From assembly GCA_903855135.1 (NCBI GenBank), contig CAINYB010000022.1, forward strand, positions 1-62,837: DNA of 62,837 bases, in the 5' to 3' direction. Positions 62,818 through 62,837 of this stretch are shown here, in pieces. The stretch comes from an uncultured bacterium (lineage in GTDB: Bacteria > Patescibacteriota > Patescibacteriia > UBA1558 > GWA2-36-10). The position numbers and the translations under genes are program-made. The notes under the pieces are model-generated. The model ran no database searches. It saw only the letters and a list, made by a program, of their open reading frames with translations, and was not told the origin of the DNA. Each line of letters starts with the position of its first letter. Position 1 is the stretch's first letter.

Positions 62818-62837
62818 TTAGGAAATGGCGTCTAACA
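62818..62837 (+). repeat. start of a fourth palindromic element (D), cut by the window end
   Basis: TTTAGGAAATGGCGTCTAACA resembles the left arms of A-C up to the AAC box. Confidence 0.35.

Overview
Low-GC (by eye about 30 %) bacterial chromosome fragment. Its gene content and style fit a reduced-genome Patescibacteria/CPR-like organism; that is inference only. All coordinates were derived by hand, so expect errors of a few nt. No searches or computations were run.

Backbone genes:
- Housekeeping: rplS, gmk, an RluD-like synthase, pilT, B12-dependent nrdJ with a cobO/DUF4430 salvage module, peroxiredoxin, sodA, ferredoxin, rpe/rpiB, greA, rpsO-pnp, a dksA-like gene, lspA and a cupin-type PGI.
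- Seven tRNAs.
- A metal-homeostasis block: ZIP, CsoR-HMA-CopA, VIT1 and CorA.
- A pilin-like gene followed by two giant surface proteins.

Unusual layers on top of this backbone:
1. A textbook type III hammerhead ribozyme at 15695-15758, between two GC-rich ORFan genes.
2. At least seven GC-rich (by eye about 40-60+ %) ORFan transcription units scattered between housekeeping genes. They look like phage 'morons': sigma70-like promoter, strong Shine-Dalgarno, ORF and terminator. The native genes mostly lack a recognisable SD.
3. At 59.1-62.8 kb, an array of long imperfect palindromes (158, 234 and 612 bp, plus a fourth truncated by the window end). They have conserved arms, AAC...GTT boxes, bulged bases and compensatory base-pair changes. 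They separate single gene cassettes (a restriction-modification pair, a GC-rich ORFan, a 145-aa ORFan and a possibly UDG-like gene) next to a Fic/VbhA-like toxin-antitoxin pair. The layout is attC-like or ERIC/MITE-like, and no recombinase is adjacent.
4. Duplicated tRNA termini next to three tRNA genes.
5. Several families of GC-rich intergenic hairpins.
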